Below, piece after piece: positions 63,413-64,000 of a DNA stretch of 64,000 bases. The first letter of the stretch is position 1. Every line of letters begins with the position of its first letter. The stretch lies in the NCBI GenBank assembly GCA_039630105.1, contig JBCNVO010000044.1, forward strand, positions 9,304-73,303. The letters run 5' to 3'. A model generated the notes under the pieces. That model searched no databases, was not told where the DNA came from, and saw only the letters and a program-made list of their open reading frames with translations. Made by a program: the position numbers and the translations under genes. This stretch comes from Acidilobaceae archaeon. GTDB taxonomy: Archaea > Thermoproteota > Thermoprotei_A > Sulfolobales > Acidilobaceae.

Positions 63413-64000
63413 TTGGTGGAGCTCGCAGAGCTGCTGGAGCTGGGGAAGCCCGTAATAATGCTCTTCGTCACGCTGGACCCAGTGGGCACCATTCCATACT
63501 ACCAAGCCCTGGTTTCGGGCATGGAGGCCAGGAGGAGGAGCCGCCTGCTCAGGTTCTCCATATTCGTCGCCTCCCTCCTCCTCGTCCTCTTCATCCTGGT
63601 AGGGGAGCTGATCTTCATGCTCTTCAACATAGCCTTCAGCGACTTCCGGGTCGCAGCGGGGCTCATCCTGCTCATAACTTCCGTGGCGCTCCTCCTCGAC
63701 ATACAGCTAGGGGCCATTAGGCCTGGCACTGAGAACATAGCCATAGTCCCGCTTGCCACGCCCCTCCTCGCAGGCCCTGCAGCCATCTCCATCTCGATAT
63801 ACATCAAGTACCACTGGGGGCTCGAGGTGGCCATATTCTCCATAGCATTCGTGGCAGCCCTTTCCTACCTGATCCTGGCGTCGAGCGACCTCATATTCAG
63901 GCTTGTGGGGAGGCAGGGGCTCGTAGTAGTGGACAAGTTCATGAGCCTGATAATGGCTGCCCTTGCAGTTTCGCTCATAAGAAAGGGGTTGGAGGAGGCT
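63413..64000 (+). CDS. MarC-family (UPF0056) integral membrane protein, 3'-partial at the window end
   Basis: Not in the ORF track because it has no stop codon inside the window. My translation from TTG 63413 gives LVELAELLELGKPVIMLFVTLDPVGTIPYY...IVPLATPLLAGPAAIS, which is typical of MarC. Confidence 0.7.
   Translation, partial: MVELAELLELGKPVIMLFVTLDPVGTIPYYQALVSGMEARRRSRLLRFSIFVASLLLVLFILVGELIFMLFNIAFSDFRVAAGLILLITSVALLLDIQLGAIRPGTENIAIVPLATPLLAGPAAISISIYIKYHWGLEVAIFSIAFVAALSYLILASSDLIFRLVGRQGLVVVDKFMSLIMAALAVSLIRKGLEEA

Noticed and set aside
1-64000. Search for CRISPR arrays, tandem repeats, IS elements, transposases, integrases, rRNA genes and replication-origin ORB repeats.
   Set aside because: None were seen. 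Non-coding gaps are too short (maximum about 130 nt), no regularly spaced repeats were visible, and no cdc6/orc1 or whiP gene is present.

Overview
This is a gene-dense, G+C-rich archaeal chromosome segment with about 64 CDS and one intron-containing tRNA. Most intergenic gaps are under 100 nt, and many neighbouring genes share 4-nt start/stop overlaps. Several features point to a thermophilic crenarchaeon (Thermoprotei): a family-B DNA polymerase, PCNA, a class-I archaeal CCA enzyme, Taw1, aEF-1beta, L10e, CDC48 and split PheRS. A/T-rich TATA-like boxes lie roughly 30 nt upstream of start codons, and GTG/TTG starts are frequent. The species cannot be named from sequence alone.

Functional themes:
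- Acyl-CoA and organic-acid metabolism: a 2-oxoacid dehydrogenase E1ab-E2-E3 operon, a thiolase-fold/DUF35 operon, ETF, a CoA-transferase, citrate synthase, succinyl-CoA synthetase, acyl-CoA dehydrogenase, and methylmalonyl-CoA mutase with MeaB.
- Fe-S and redox: sufCBD and thioredoxin reductase.
- Molybdo/tungstopterin: a MoaD-like protein, two MoeA paralogues and an FdhD-like protein.
- Translation and tRNA maturation: pheST, cca, ligT, taw1, sua5, a TtuA/NcsA-like gene, aEF-1beta and L10e.
- Replication: polB and PCNA.

The only compositionally foreign element is a lone 3.2-kb gene (50218-53463). It encodes an SNF2 helicase fused to a C-terminal DUF3883-like PD-(D/E)xK module, and it is my best candidate for an undescribed (defence-like) system.

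Other notable points:
- A four-gene operon encodes two thiolase-fold proteins that both lack the Cys/His catalytic residues, plus two DUF35 proteins.
- A shared palindrome, TTAAC-N3-GTTAA, lies in front of sufC, sufB and trxB.
- Two genes (sua5 and a DUF123 gene) have conserved N-termini encoded upstream of any ATG/GTG/TTG codon.
- tRNA-Trp carries an intron at a non-canonical position.

I saw no CRISPR array, IS/transposase, integrase or rRNA gene.
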